The translations under genes and the position numbers were made by a program. Below, one piece after another: positions 54,400 through 63,339 of a stretch of DNA of 64,000 nucleotides (its first letter is position 1; every line of letters begins with the position of its first letter). This stretch comes from Flavihumibacter sp. (lineage in GTDB: Bacteria; Bacteroidota; Bacteroidia; Chitinophagales; Chitinophagaceae), in contig JANRMC010000200.1 of NCBI GenBank assembly GCA_033761915.1, positions 1,007-65,006 on the forward strand, given 5' to 3'. The notes beneath the pieces were generated by a model. It had not been told where the DNA came from. It worked only from the letters and a program-made list of their open reading frames with translations, and made no database searches.

Positions 54400-54579
54400 G
54401 GAAGCCGGCATTTGTTCTATGAGCGGCATCGTTGCGTCGCACTCTTGTACAATATCTGTTAATGGTACATGGTTTATAGCCAATGGTATTGCCATAGACT
54501 ATTAACTATTGACCATGGACATTCTTCTGTACAAGTGTGCGACGCAACGATGTTGATTGAAATTACTGTGGCTGGTAAC
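54400..54579. repeat. palindromic element PE-15 (complete, TTGTAC subtype)
   Basis: GGAAGCCGGCA...CATCGTTGCGTCGCACTCTTGTAC (54427-54450) and GTACAAGTGTGCGACGCAACGATG (54529-54552)...ATTACTGTGGCTGGTAAC. It ends 7 nt before the porin stop codon. Confidence 0.9.
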
Positions 54580-54586
54580 AAAAAAA

Positions 54587-56623
54587 TTAATTCACAAAAC
54601 TCCAGAAAATGCCCACACGTATTTGCATGCCGGGCAACGGGTAGCCGGGTATGGCAAAATTATTATTGGTAAAACCAAAGCCACCCAATGTGCGGGCCGT
54701 ATTTAAATTTTCTGAACGCACATAGGCAACAAAACTGCGGATGCGAAAGTGCATGTATGCATTAATGGTGGGTAGTTTCAGGCGCAGGGTTTCAGTATCC
54801 TGATAAAAAAACTGGCCCTGCAGCGGAGAGTAGCCATCTGCTTTGTAGGCGCTGTGGTACACAATTTCTATACCGGTGGCCATGCGCAGGTTTTTAAAAC
54901 CAAGGCTGCCCTCGTAACCAATTTGATTGCGGGTAAAAATTAAGGGCACATTTACCGGCGGGTTGCCCGTGGTTTGCTGCATGCTTACGGTGGCATGCAA
55001 GAACAATTGCTTGCGCAGCCTGAAACGTTTTTCTGCCGTTACCTGCAACAGGTTAAACGGAGATGCCTGTTGTGCAGCTTTATAAAATTCTTTCAGGTAA
55101 GTATAGTTGGTTACTAAAAAATAATCGGCTCTTAATTTAAAATTAAAAGCAGGTTGGTCTAACAAACCAAAAATACGTACCGTGTTTTCTTTATTAAAGC
55201 CGCTGCTGTTAGAAAAATTAAAACTGCTGAGCGGGTTAAATATAAAAGAAGGGGTTCTGTTTACGTTTTGAAAACCGGCTTCCAGATAGCCAATTTTTTG
55301 AGAGAGTAGTCTTTTTAAACTGGCATAGGCATTATAGTCGCCACCATTTAAACCGGTAAGGTATAGCTGGCCGTTCAATTGCATATCCCACTTTCGGTTG
55401 CGGGTTTTGTTACGGTATTCTGCATGCAGCCAGGTATTGGTATAATTGGCGCTGCCACCATCAAAATTGCCGCGCAGTTGCTGCAGCGTGGCACCTACTT
55501 TAATAAATTGGTTTACGTTTTTAGAATCCGGAAACTGCCATAGCGAAAGATCGTTGCTCAACTCGTTCCAGCTATCGTTTACATAATATGTAGAAGGCGT
55601 GCTTAAAAAATTATAATGCTTACGGTAAAAACCGGTATCTGTAAATTCAGAAACTTCACCATCATCAAAAGCATAACTGTAGCTGTTGCTCTGCAACGTA
55701 TGCTCTATACGCAGCCTTGGGTAAAACAGGCGAATTACCACTGTGTCTTTAACAATAGAATCTTTCTGGCCAATATCATATTGCTGGCGCACCAAAAAAT
55801 TTTTGTTGCGGTATTGTGTGCCGGTGGTTATGGCTGCGCTAAAGGGGTTAATGGCGCCGGGGTCGGTAGGCCCCAGGTTAGTAGGTATGCCTTGCCGGTT
55901 TGTTTTATAACCCACGCGGTCTAAATCGGCATCGTTTACAATGCCGCCATTATCGGCAGAAGAAATTTTGTTGTTTATTAAAACCACAAACATACGGTAG
56001 CGCCGGTTGGGGCTTTGGTAAAAACTATTTATGTTATAGTTATTGTGTACGGTATTTTGGTTTTTAAAAAAGCCATTGGAGTTTATTAAACGAAATTGGG
56101 CAGACAGATTCCAGTTACGGTTAATATTTTGTGTGTGCAGGGCATGCACCATCTGCTCTGCATTGCTGCCAATTAAATAACCCAGTTCTGAGTAGGGGCG
56201 GGTGGTATTATAAAAGCGGCTGTCTTCTGGTTTGAAAAAGTATAAATCGTATGCATGAAAACCGGCATCCCAACCCGGCTTTAATATGGGGCTGAACAAA
56301 AGCGGTTTGGTGGCATTGCCCAAATTGCCCAGGTGAATATAGTTTGCCGGTATAGGAAAACGCTTCGTAAAATCCAACACGCTGGAGTCAAACGTTTGAT
56401 AGCGGCTGCTATCCAGATACCTGAAGTTAATAGTAATAGAATCTTCTAAGCCCGTACGTTTTTTAAAGCTGGAACTGTCTTTGCCGCCACCGCTGCTACC
56501 TCTGAAACTATTCCCCATATTTCCCATTTGGCCGCCCGAAAAATTACGCAGGGGGTTGCGTTGGGCAACAGCAGGTACAACCAGAGCCAGTAAGAGAAAC
56601 GATATGGTAAACTGTTTTATCAA
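54587..56623 (-). CDS. putative porin (large Bacteroidota outer-membrane beta-barrel family)
   Basis: 678 aa with a signal peptide (MIKQFTISFLLLALVVPAVAQ), a Gly/Ser-rich N-region, a beta-strand-rich body and a terminal RVGIFWSFVN. Confidence 0.65.
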   Translation of the reverse strand: MIKQFTISFLLLALVVPAVAQRNPLRNFSGGQMGNMGNSFRGSSGGGKDSSSFKKRTGLEDSITINFRYLDSSRYQTFDSSVLDFTKRFPIPANYIHLGNLGNATKPLLFSPILKPGWDAGFHAYDLYFFKPEDSRFYNTTRPYSELGYLIGSNAEQMVHALHTQNINRNWNLSAQFRLINSNGFFKNQNTVHNNYNINSFYQSPNRRYRMFVVLINNKISSADNGGIVNDADLDRVGYKTNRQGIPTNLGPTDPGAINPFSAAITTGTQYRNKNFLVRQQYDIGQKDSIVKDTVVIRLFYPRLRIEHTLQSNSYSYAFDDGEVSEFTDTGFYRKHYNFLSTPSTYYVNDSWNELSNDLSLWQFPDSKNVNQFIKVGATLQQLRGNFDGGSANYTNTWLHAEYRNKTRNRKWDMQLNGQLYLTGLNGGDYNAYASLKRLLSQKIGYLEAGFQNVNRTPSFIFNPLSSFNFSNSSGFNKENTVRIFGLLDQPAFNFKLRADYFLVTNYTYLKEFYKAAQQASPFNLLQVTAEKRFRLRKQLFLHATVSMQQTTGNPPVNVPLIFTRNQIGYEGSLGFKNLRMATGIEIVYHSAYKADGYSPLQGQFFYQDTETLRLKLPTINAYMHFRIRSFVAYVRSENLNTARTLGGFGFTNNNFAIPGYPLPGMQIRVGIFWSFVN

Positions 56624-56684
56624 AACAAAGAATGCCGCAAACTTAGTAACTAAAACGCAGTAAGCCCAAGGCAGAACGTTAATA

Positions 56685-57506
56685 TTACAAACCCGCCACC
56701 AGGTGTTTAAAAATAGCAGTTAGTTTGGGTTCTGCATCTTTTGCAGCCTGCAATACTTCTTCGTGTGTTATAGTGTTTTCTTCATCACGTATGCCAAGGT
56801 CTGTAATTACGCTAATGGCAAATACTTTCATGCCCGCATGTACTGCAGTAATCACTTCTTGCACAGTACTCATGCCCACGGCATCGCCACCCAGTTGGTG
56901 TATCAGTTTGTATTCGGCACGGGTTTCAAAAGTGGGGCCGGTAACACCGCAATACACACCTTTCTTTAAATCAATATGCAATTCTTTGGCAATTTCTTTT
57001 GCCTTTTTAATAAGGTGTTTATCATAAGGCTCACTCATATCCGGAAAACGCGGACCCAGTTCATTTTCATTTTTCCCAATCAGCGGGTTGCTAATAAATA
57101 AACTGATATGGTCTTTAATAAGCATCAGGTCGCCCACTTTAAAATCGTTATTGGTGCCGCCGGCTGCATTACTTATTAAAACAGTTTGCACGCCCAGCCA
57201 TTTCATTACCCGTATGGGGTAAGAAACCTGTGTGGCATTATACCCTTCGTAAAAATGAAAACGCCCGGCCATACACACAACCGGTTTGCCTGCCAGTTTA
57301 CCAAATATCAGTTTGCCGCTATGTCCTTCCACTGTAGATACCGGAAAATGCGGTATCTCGTTATAGGCAATTTCTTTTTCTATCTGCAACTCAGCACTAA
57401 AATTACCCAAGCCGCTGCCCAATACAATACCTACTAAAGGGGTGGTGCTATACATGCTTTTTATAAAAGCCGTTGTTTCGTTCAATTGCTCAATTAATAC
57501 ACTCAT
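56685..57506 (-). CDS. purine nucleoside phosphorylase (PunA-type, trimeric PNP family)
   Basis: 273 aa with GSGLG, GRFHFYEGY, NAAGG, GPTFETRAE and GMSTVQEV. Confidence 0.92.
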   Translation of the reverse strand: MSVLIEQLNETTAFIKSMYSTTPLVGIVLGSGLGNFSAELQIEKEIAYNEIPHFPVSTVEGHSGKLIFGKLAGKPVVCMAGRFHFYEGYNATQVSYPIRVMKWLGVQTVLISNAAGGTNNDFKVGDLMLIKDHISLFISNPLIGKNENELGPRFPDMSEPYDKHLIKKAKEIAKELHIDLKKGVYCGVTGPTFETRAEYKLIHQLGGDAVGMSTVQEVITAVHAGMKVFAISVITDLGIRDEENTITHEEVLQAAKDAEPKLTAIFKHLVAGL

Positions 57507-57516
57507 AATTTTTTAT

Positions 57517-57595
57517 GTTACCGGCATTGGTTCCTGCTTCAGCTTTTGTTGCGTCGCACTCTTGTACAGCAGTGCGTTTGGCAACGGCATTACAG
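57517..57595. repeat. palindromic element PE-16 (left arm with collapsed, degenerate right arm)
   Basis: GTTACCGGCATTGG...GTTGCGTCGCACTCTTGTAC (57548-57567), followed directly by AGCAGTGCGTTTGGCAACGGCATTACAG. Confidence 0.7.
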
Positions 57596-57787
57596 TCAAA
57601 GCCTGTTGTTATGCAAAATCTTTATAATCTAACGCCCGTTTATCTTTTGTAAATGAAGGCAGCAAATATACACAATGCATTTACCACAGTTGCATTCTTT
57701 TTATATTGGCATAAGCCCCGTTTATGAATTATATTTGAAGACTAAATTAACCAGACCATTAAACATATTTGTTACATACTGTCATGC

Positions 57788-59692
57788 ATGGCTGCTTTCT
57801 TTACTGCCGTGCCATTGTCGGCGCAGTTGTGCACCGGCAGCCTGGGCGATCCGCTGGCCATTAAAAACTTTGGCAGCGGCAGCAACCCCGGCCAATCACT
57901 GGCTCCGGGTGTAACTACGTATAGTTATACAATCAGTGGTTGCCCGCCCGATGGAAGTTATACTATTTACAGCAGTGCCGGCAGCTGTTTTAACGATTCG
58001 TGGCATGTGCTTACAGAAGACCACACCCCCGGAGATGTAAACGGGTATATGATGGCGGTGAATGCGGCACTTACCCCGGGTGTTTTTTATTTAGATACTG
58101 TAAAGGGTTTGTGCGGCACTACGCTGTATGAATTTTCTGCCTGGGTGTTAAACATATTAAAGCCCACCGCTTGTAATGGTGCTGGCACAAGACCCAATCT
58201 TTCTTTTAGCATAGAAACAACCGCAGGCGTTGTATTACAATCGTACAACACCGGAGATATAAACAGCACGGCAACACCGGTATGGAACCAATATGGTTTT
58301 TTTGTAAGCCTGCCACCCGGTGTAACCGATGTGGTATTGCGTTTAACCAATAATGCCCCCGGTGGTTGTGGTAACGATCTGGTGCTGGATGATATCGCCT
58401 TCAGGCCCTGTGGCCCCAAGCTGGATGCCTTGTTTGCCAACGTTACGGGTAATAATGGCACGGTTAACTATTGTATTGTTAGCAGCCAGTCGGTAAGTTT
58501 TACTGCCAATTTGCAAAGTGGTTATACCAACCCGGCTTACCAATGGCAGGTAAGTGCCGATGGTGTATTGTGGAATGATATTGTTGGTGCCACCACAGCT
58601 AACTATACCAGAGCTTTTAATGTAGCCGGCACATTCCGCTATCGTATTACGGCAGCAGAAGCTGCTAATATTGCCAGTACCAAATGCCGGGTGGTATCAA
58701 ACGTATTAACAGTAATAATTGACTCAGTACCCAAACCTGCGGCTGCCAGCAATGGCCCTGTTTGCGAAGGCGGTGTAATTAATTTAACAGCTAAAGACGG
58801 TGTTACGTATCAATGGACGGGGCCCAATGGTTATACTGCCACCGGCACCCCTGCAGTAATAAATGCAGCACAAATTAATCAATCGGGTAAGTATTATGTT
58901 TTGGTAACAACAGCCGGTGGTTGCACCAATACAGATTCTGTACCGGTGGCTATTAACCCCAATCCCATAGCTGCAGCCGGTGCTGATGAAATTATATGCG
59001 ATAATGAAAGCGTGGTGCTAAGCGGTAGTGGCGGCACAGCATACGATTGGCAACCCACAACGGGATTATCCAACGGATCGGTACCCAACCCGGTGGCAGC
59101 ACCCAAGCTAACCACTACTTATATTTTAAGAGTATTAAATAGTTTTGGCTGCGGCGATACAGATACTGTTACCGTAACTGTATTAACTGCACCCACTGCA
59201 GATGCCGGCCCCGATTTAACGATTATTGAAGGAACAGCTGTAAAAATAAATGCGCAGGCAACAGGGGGTACTCTCACCTATTTATGGTCGCCGCCCCTTT
59301 ATATAGACAACCCGGGCATACTAACACCCACCGTGGCCCCGCCAGATAATTTGGTTTACCGGTTGTCTGTAATATCAGCCAATGGTTGTGGTGCTGCGGA
59401 AGATGAAGTAGCTGTACGAGTATTTAAAAAACTAATTGTACCCAATGCGTTTTCTCCCAACGGAGATGGAATTAATGATAAATGGATGATTGAAGCAATA
59501 GGCTCTTACCCCGAAGTGGTGGTGGAAATATTTAACCGCTACGGGCAAAAACTATTCCGCTCGGTGGGGTATACCAGACCATGGGATGGAACTTTAAATG
59601 GCCAGCTTTTGCCAATTGGCACCTATTATTATTTAATAGACCGCAAGAACGGGCTGCCACAACTGAGCGGCAGTGTAACTATTCTTCGTTAG
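57788..59692 (+). CDS. T9SS type-B (gliding-motility-associated) C-terminal-domain protein
   Basis: 634 aa. The CTD is VPNAFSPNGDGINDKWMIE...EIFNRYGQKLF...WDGTLNGQLLPIGTYYYLI, preceded by Ig/PKD-like repeats. The first ATG gives only a 13-aa signal-like segment (see findings). Confidence 0.85.
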   Translation: MAAFFTAVPLSAQLCTGSLGDPLAIKNFGSGSNPGQSLAPGVTTYSYTISGCPPDGSYTIYSSAGSCFNDSWHVLTEDHTPGDVNGYMMAVNAALTPGVFYLDTVKGLCGTTLYEFSAWVLNILKPTACNGAGTRPNLSFSIETTAGVVLQSYNTGDINSTATPVWNQYGFFVSLPPGVTDVVLRLTNNAPGGCGNDLVLDDIAFRPCGPKLDALFANVTGNNGTVNYCIVSSQSVSFTANLQSGYTNPAYQWQVSADGVLWNDIVGATTANYTRAFNVAGTFRYRITAAEAANIASTKCRVVSNVLTVIIDSVPKPAAASNGPVCEGGVINLTAKDGVTYQWTGPNGYTATGTPAVINAAQINQSGKYYVLVTTAGGCTNTDSVPVAINPNPIAAAGADEIICDNESVVLSGSGGTAYDWQPTTGLSNGSVPNPVAAPKLTTTYILRVLNSFGCGDTDTVTVTVLTAPTADAGPDLTIIEGTAVKINAQATGGTLTYLWSPPLYIDNPGILTPTVAPPDNLVYRLSVISANGCGAAEDEVAVRVFKKLIVPNAFSPNGDGINDKWMIEAIGSYPEVVVEIFNRYGQKLFRSVGYTRPWDGTLNGQLLPIGTYYYLIDRKNGLPQLSGSVTILR

Positions 59693-59704
59693 TAAAAGTA
59701 TTAT

Positions 59705-59817
59705 ACGGTGTTGCTGCGTTTGAATTGAGGTGCTGCATTTTATTTTTTGCTGCAAAATATTGTGCTGTACAAGTGTGCGACGCAAGGATGTTGAAAAGAA
59801 TTGGTATGGCCGGGCTC
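59705..59817. repeat. palindromic element PE-17 (right arm intact, left arm degenerate)
   Basis: GTACAAGTGTGCGACGCAAGGATG (59767-59790)...GGTATGGCCGGGCTC. A possible left remnant is CGGTGTTGCTGCGTTTGAATTGAGG from 59705. Confidence 0.7.
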
Positions 59818-59858
59818 AAAATTATGTTTGCTACTTTACCTTCGCCAAAATTTTTATA

Positions 59859-60665
59859 ATGAAAGAACTGATACTGGAAGCATGGGGTAACCGTGAACTG
59901 TTGAAAGACACAAAATATACAGATGCTGTTAGAGCGGTAATTGAAGAAGTGGATAAAGGCCGGCTGCGTACTGCTGCGCCAACAGAAAATGGATGGCAGG
60001 TGAATGAGTGGGTAAAGCAGGCGATACTGATGTATTTTGGTATACAGCAAATGCAAACCTGGGATGTGGCCCCTTTTGAGTTTTATGATAAAATGCTGCT
60101 GAAAAAAAATTATAAAGAGTTAGGGGTACGTGCCGTGCCGCATGCAGTGGCCCGCTACGGAGCTTACCTGGCTAAAAACGTGGTGTTAATGCCCAGCTAT
60201 GTAAACATTGGTGCGTATGTGGATGAAGGCACGATGGTAGATACATGGGCAACGGTGGGCAGCTGCGCACAAATTGGTAAAGGGGTGCATTTGAGTGGTG
60301 GTGTGGGCATTGGTGGTGTGTTAGAGCCTTTGCAGGCAAGTCCGGTAATTGTAGAAGATGGTTGTTTTATTGGCAGCCGTTGTATTGTGGTGGAGGGGGT
60401 GATTGTGGAAAAAGAAGCCGTGCTGGGTGCTAACGTGGTGTTAACCCAAAGCACAAAAATTATTGATGTAAGTGGCAGCGAACCGGTAGAAATGAAAGGC
60501 CGTGTGCCGGCAAGAAGTGTGGTAATACCGGGTTCTTATACCAAAAAATTTGCAGCGGGTGAGTATGGGGTGGGTTGTGCATTAATTATTGGTAAACGCA
60601 AACCCAGTACAGATCTTAAAACAAGTTTGAATGATGCCCTCCGCGATTTTAATGTGAGTGTATAA
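59859..60665 (+). CDS. dapD: 2,3,4,5-tetrahydropyridine-2,6-dicarboxylate N-succinyltransferase
   Basis: ORF track 59730..60665. I trimmed it to ATG 59859 (MKELILEAWGNRELL) because the upstream extension reads through a repeat arm. It has a hexapeptide-repeat LbH core (GVHLSGGVGIGGVLEPLQASPVIVEDGCFIGSRCIVVEGV). Confidence 0.9.
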   Translation: MKELILEAWGNRELLKDTKYTDAVRAVIEEVDKGRLRTAAPTENGWQVNEWVKQAILMYFGIQQMQTWDVAPFEFYDKMLLKKNYKELGVRAVPHAVARYGAYLAKNVVLMPSYVNIGAYVDEGTMVDTWATVGSCAQIGKGVHLSGGVGIGGVLEPLQASPVIVEDGCFIGSRCIVVEGVIVEKEAVLGANVVLTQSTKIIDVSGSEPVEMKGRVPARSVVIPGSYTKKFAAGEYGVGCALIIGKRKPSTDLKTSLNDALRDFNVSV

Positions 60666-60728
60666 AGCGCCTATTACCCCTTCCCGATAATATCGGGATG
60701 TTCCAAAAGGGGAAAATGATATAGATTG

Positions 60729-60759
60729 CCCCGGAGAAATATCCGGGGTTTATATTTTT
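60729..60759 (+). terminator. rho-independent terminator of dapD
   Basis: CCCCGGA-GAAATA-TCCGGGG followed by TTTATATTTTT. Confidence 0.7.
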
Positions 60760-61689
60760 ATGGAACAAAAAACAATACATAAAATTTCATGGGTTGGAAT
60801 TTTGATTACCGTTATTGGCTCCTTATTTTTTTCTACCAAGGCCGTAATTGTAAAGTATGCCTTTAAGCATACCAGTATCGATGTTTTATCGCTGCTGGCT
60901 TTGCGTATGCTTTTCTCGCTACCGTTTTACTTGGTAATGGCCTGGCTGGCTTATAAAAAAGAGGGCAATAAAACGCTTACCGGCAAACAGTGGCTGTATA
61001 TTTTTTTGCTGGGCATTTTTGGCTACTATCTCAGCAGTTTGTTTGACTTTATGGGGCTACAATATATTTCTGCCGGTATTGAGCGGCTGATACTTTTTTT
61101 ATACCCCACCTTTGTTTTGCTGATTAATATGCTTGTTTTTAAAGAGCGTGGCAGCAAAAGCCAATGGCTGGCGGTAGCATTAACTTATATTGGGGTGGTA
61201 CTGGCTTATTTGGGTGAAATGAGTTTTGAAAAAAACAACCCTCATTTTTTGCTGGGTAGTTTTTTAGTGTTTTTGTGTGCTATAACTTTTGCTGTTTACA
61301 TTGCCGGCAGCGGCCGTATGATACCATTGGTAGGGCCTACAAAATTTACAGCCTATGCCATGCTTTTTTCTACGGCAGGAATTTTTTTGCACTTTATAAT
61401 CAACGGTAATTATGGTATTGTAAACAGTGGCAGCAGTTTTGTTGGGTATGGTTTTTTAATAGCCATTGTAGCCACAGTAATACCCAGCTGGCTGGTGGCC
61501 ACCGGTACCAAATCAATTGGTGCTAATAATGCCGCCATTATTTCTACCATTGGGCCGGCAAGCACCCTGTTACAAGCGCATTTTATTTTAGGCGAACCTA
61601 TATACACTGTACAAATAATTGGCACATTACTGATTGTAACCGGGGTACTAATTATTGGCTGGAAACCCCGCGAAAAGAAAGTGGCATAA
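60760..61689 (+). CDS. DMT-superfamily (EamA-like) transporter
   Basis: 309 aa with ten predicted TM segments arranged as two EamA-like halves. Confidence 0.8.
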   Translation: MEQKTIHKISWVGILITVIGSLFFSTKAVIVKYAFKHTSIDVLSLLALRMLFSLPFYLVMAWLAYKKEGNKTLTGKQWLYIFLLGIFGYYLSSLFDFMGLQYISAGIERLILFLYPTFVLLINMLVFKERGSKSQWLAVALTYIGVVLAYLGEMSFEKNNPHFLLGSFLVFLCAITFAVYIAGSGRMIPLVGPTKFTAYAMLFSTAGIFLHFIINGNYGIVNSGSSFVGYGFLIAIVATVIPSWLVATGTKSIGANNAAIISTIGPASTLLQAHFILGEPIYTVQIIGTLLIVTGVLIIGWKPREKKVA

Positions 61690-61725
61690 AATTATTGTTG
61701 TTTTTCGCAGTTAATATTTTTCACC

Positions 61726-63339
61726 TTACATTTGCCCCCCTGAATGCCCAGATGGCGAAATTGGTAGACGCACTGTGTTCAGGTCGCAGCGTCCGCAAGG
61801 ATGTGCTGGTTCGAATCCAGTTCTGGGCACTAAAGTGGACAAATCGAAAATTGATTCGGTTTGTCCATTTTCTTTTTCGTCGAAACCCTTGTCCAGACTG
61901 TATATCAAGGCAACGGCTTCATTCAATCTGGCGGTTCGATATTGAAATCCGTCAAAAACGAGTTTTTCGGGATATATCGAACCAATAATTTCCCTTTTAG
62001 CTTTATTGTCAGCCTTTTCATAGAGCTTGTCCAATGATGTTAAAGTGGCTAAAGCCTTATTCAGCAAGGGTTCTATATTTCTACCTTCTTGCGATAACTC
62101 TATCAATTTTGATTCAAGCCCGGTTATTTTCTTTTCGTAATCAGATTTAATAGAACGGTACTCTGATGGCTCTATTTCGTTACTTAAAAGAAGTTTACGG
62201 GCATTTGAAAGCTCCGTATTCGCTTTTTCCAATGCTTCCTTTACTTGCTTTAAATCTTCCCTTTGTGACTTTGTTTGGGCTTTAAATTCTTCCTGTAAAA
62301 CCACTTTATAAACTTCAGTCATACCGGCTTTAGGGACTAATTTTTTAAGCTCACTTGAAAATAGCTGATTGGCATTTTCTGCTTTGAATCTGGCACCACA
62401 GGATGATATGCAATGATAATAATAGTACCGCCCATTCCTTCCTTTTGATGCGCTGCCAGTAAGTAACTTGCCGCATTTAGGACAGATGAGATAGCCTCTT
62501 AATTGCAGTTCATCCATGCTGCCCACTTTTGCCCGGTAGGTTTTTTTCTTGCCATTCAAATAATCCTGTATATCGTAAAAAAGTGCCTCGGAAATAATGG
62601 GCTGATGCAACCCTTGTACATGCCTTGACTCTTCTTCCTTATAACCAGATAAATATATGCGGCCACAATAAACAGGGTTTCTCAACAGATTCCAGAAATT
62701 AGAACGACAGGTTTTTATCCCTTTTCCAAATGCTTGTTTCATTATTTGCTCAATATTCAACTGACCTTCGGCAAGAGTTTCAAAAACCCATTTCATAATA
62801 CTTGCTTCTGGTTCTACAGGAGCTATGTATTTTTTTCCATCTTCTGTTATTTTATTTGCATAGCCCACTGGTGCAACTCCCATCCATCTGCCTTCTTTCT
62901 TTGCTTTTCTCATTCCAAGTAAAACATTCAATGCCCTGCGGTCATTTTCAACTTCAGGTGCAGCCAGGTAAAATGCAAGCATCAACTTGTTTTCCGGAAC
63001 TGCTAAATCTAATGGTTGCTCTATCGCTTGTGGTTCTACTCCCAGTTTGCGAAGGATATTTATCATTTGATAAGCATCGCCTGCATTGCGGCTAAACCTA
63101 TCCCATTTAGAAAATAAAACAAAATCAACTGCATTTTTCTTTTTCTTTAAATCAAATAACAAACCATTCCACTTAGGACGGTTAAACGTCTTTGCAGAAT
63201 GGTCTTCAAAAATTACCTGCCTAACTTTTATCTGGTTGTTTTCGCAATACTTCCTTAAACGTTCCTCCTGGTCCCGTTGTGAGTAGCCTTTGTCAGCCTG
63301 CTCATCTGTACTCACCCGGATGTATAAATCTGCTGTCAT
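61726..63339 (-). CDS. large serine recombinase (resolvase N-domain + recombinase domain + zinc ribbon + coiled coil)
   Basis: 537 aa as tracked. The catalytic region is ADLYIRVSTDEQADKGYS, followed by DRFSRN and a zinc ribbon (CPKCGKLLTG...YYYYHC). The last ~50 codons are antisense to the hairpin after tRNA-Leu and to the whole tRNA (..LVPRTGFEPAHPCGRCDLNTVRLPISPSGHSGGQM), so the functional C-terminus is uncertain. Confidence 0.85.
   Translation of the reverse strand: MTADLYIRVSTDEQADKGYSQRDQEERLRKYCENNQIKVRQVIFEDHSAKTFNRPKWNGLLFDLKKKKNAVDFVLFSKWDRFSRNAGDAYQMINILRKLGVEPQAIEQPLDLAVPENKLMLAFYLAAPEVENDRRALNVLLGMRKAKKEGRWMGVAPVGYANKITEDGKKYIAPVEPEASIMKWVFETLAEGQLNIEQIMKQAFGKGIKTCRSNFWNLLRNPVYCGRIYLSGYKEEESRHVQGLHQPIISEALFYDIQDYLNGKKKTYRAKVGSMDELQLRGYLICPKCGKLLTGSASKGRNGRYYYYHCISSCGARFKAENANQLFSSELKKLVPKAGMTEVYKVVLQEEFKAQTKSQREDLKQVKEALEKANTELSNARKLLLSNEIEPSEYRSIKSDYEKKITGLESKLIELSQEGRNIEPLLNKALATLTSLDKLYEKADNKAKREIIGSIYPEKLVFDGFQYRTARLNEAVALIYSLDKGFDEKENGQTESIFDLSTLVPRTGFEPAHPCGRCDLNTVRLPISPSGHSGGQM
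61746..61829 (+). tRNA. tRNA-Leu (anticodon CAG)
   Basis: GCCCAGA-TG-GCG-AAATTGGTAGA-CGC-A-CTGTG-TTCAGGT-CGCAG-(long variable arm CGTCCGCAAGGATGT)-GCTGG-TTCGAAT-CCAGT-TCTGGGC-A. This is a class II tRNA with CAG in the anticodon loop. Confidence 0.9.
61836..61877 (+). terminator. hairpin plus T-tract immediately after tRNA-Leu (terminator and/or recombination site)
   Basis: TGGACAAATCGAA-AATTGA-TTCGGTTTGTCCA (13-bp stem with one G-T pair) followed by TTTTCTTTTT. It lies inside the tail of the recombinase ORF on the other strand. Confidence 0.6.

Noticed and set aside
57675-57914. 79-aa ORF overlapping the start of the T9SS type-B gene, as a frameshifted N-terminus
   Set aside because: Its product has no signal-peptide character and lies in a different frame. 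The in-frame non-ATG extension explains the missing n-region better.
3955-59817. Could the recurring GTGCGACGCAAC-containing repeats be a CRISPR array or its remnants?
   Set aside because: The copies are kilobases apart, each in a different intergenic spacer. They occur as inverted pairs rather than as direct repeats with regular 30-40 nt spacers. No cas genes are present.
61695-61988. 97-aa plus-strand ORF covering tRNA-Leu and the recombinase tail
   Set aside because: It reads straight through the tRNA gene and its hairpin, and is antisense to the recombinase domain sequence.
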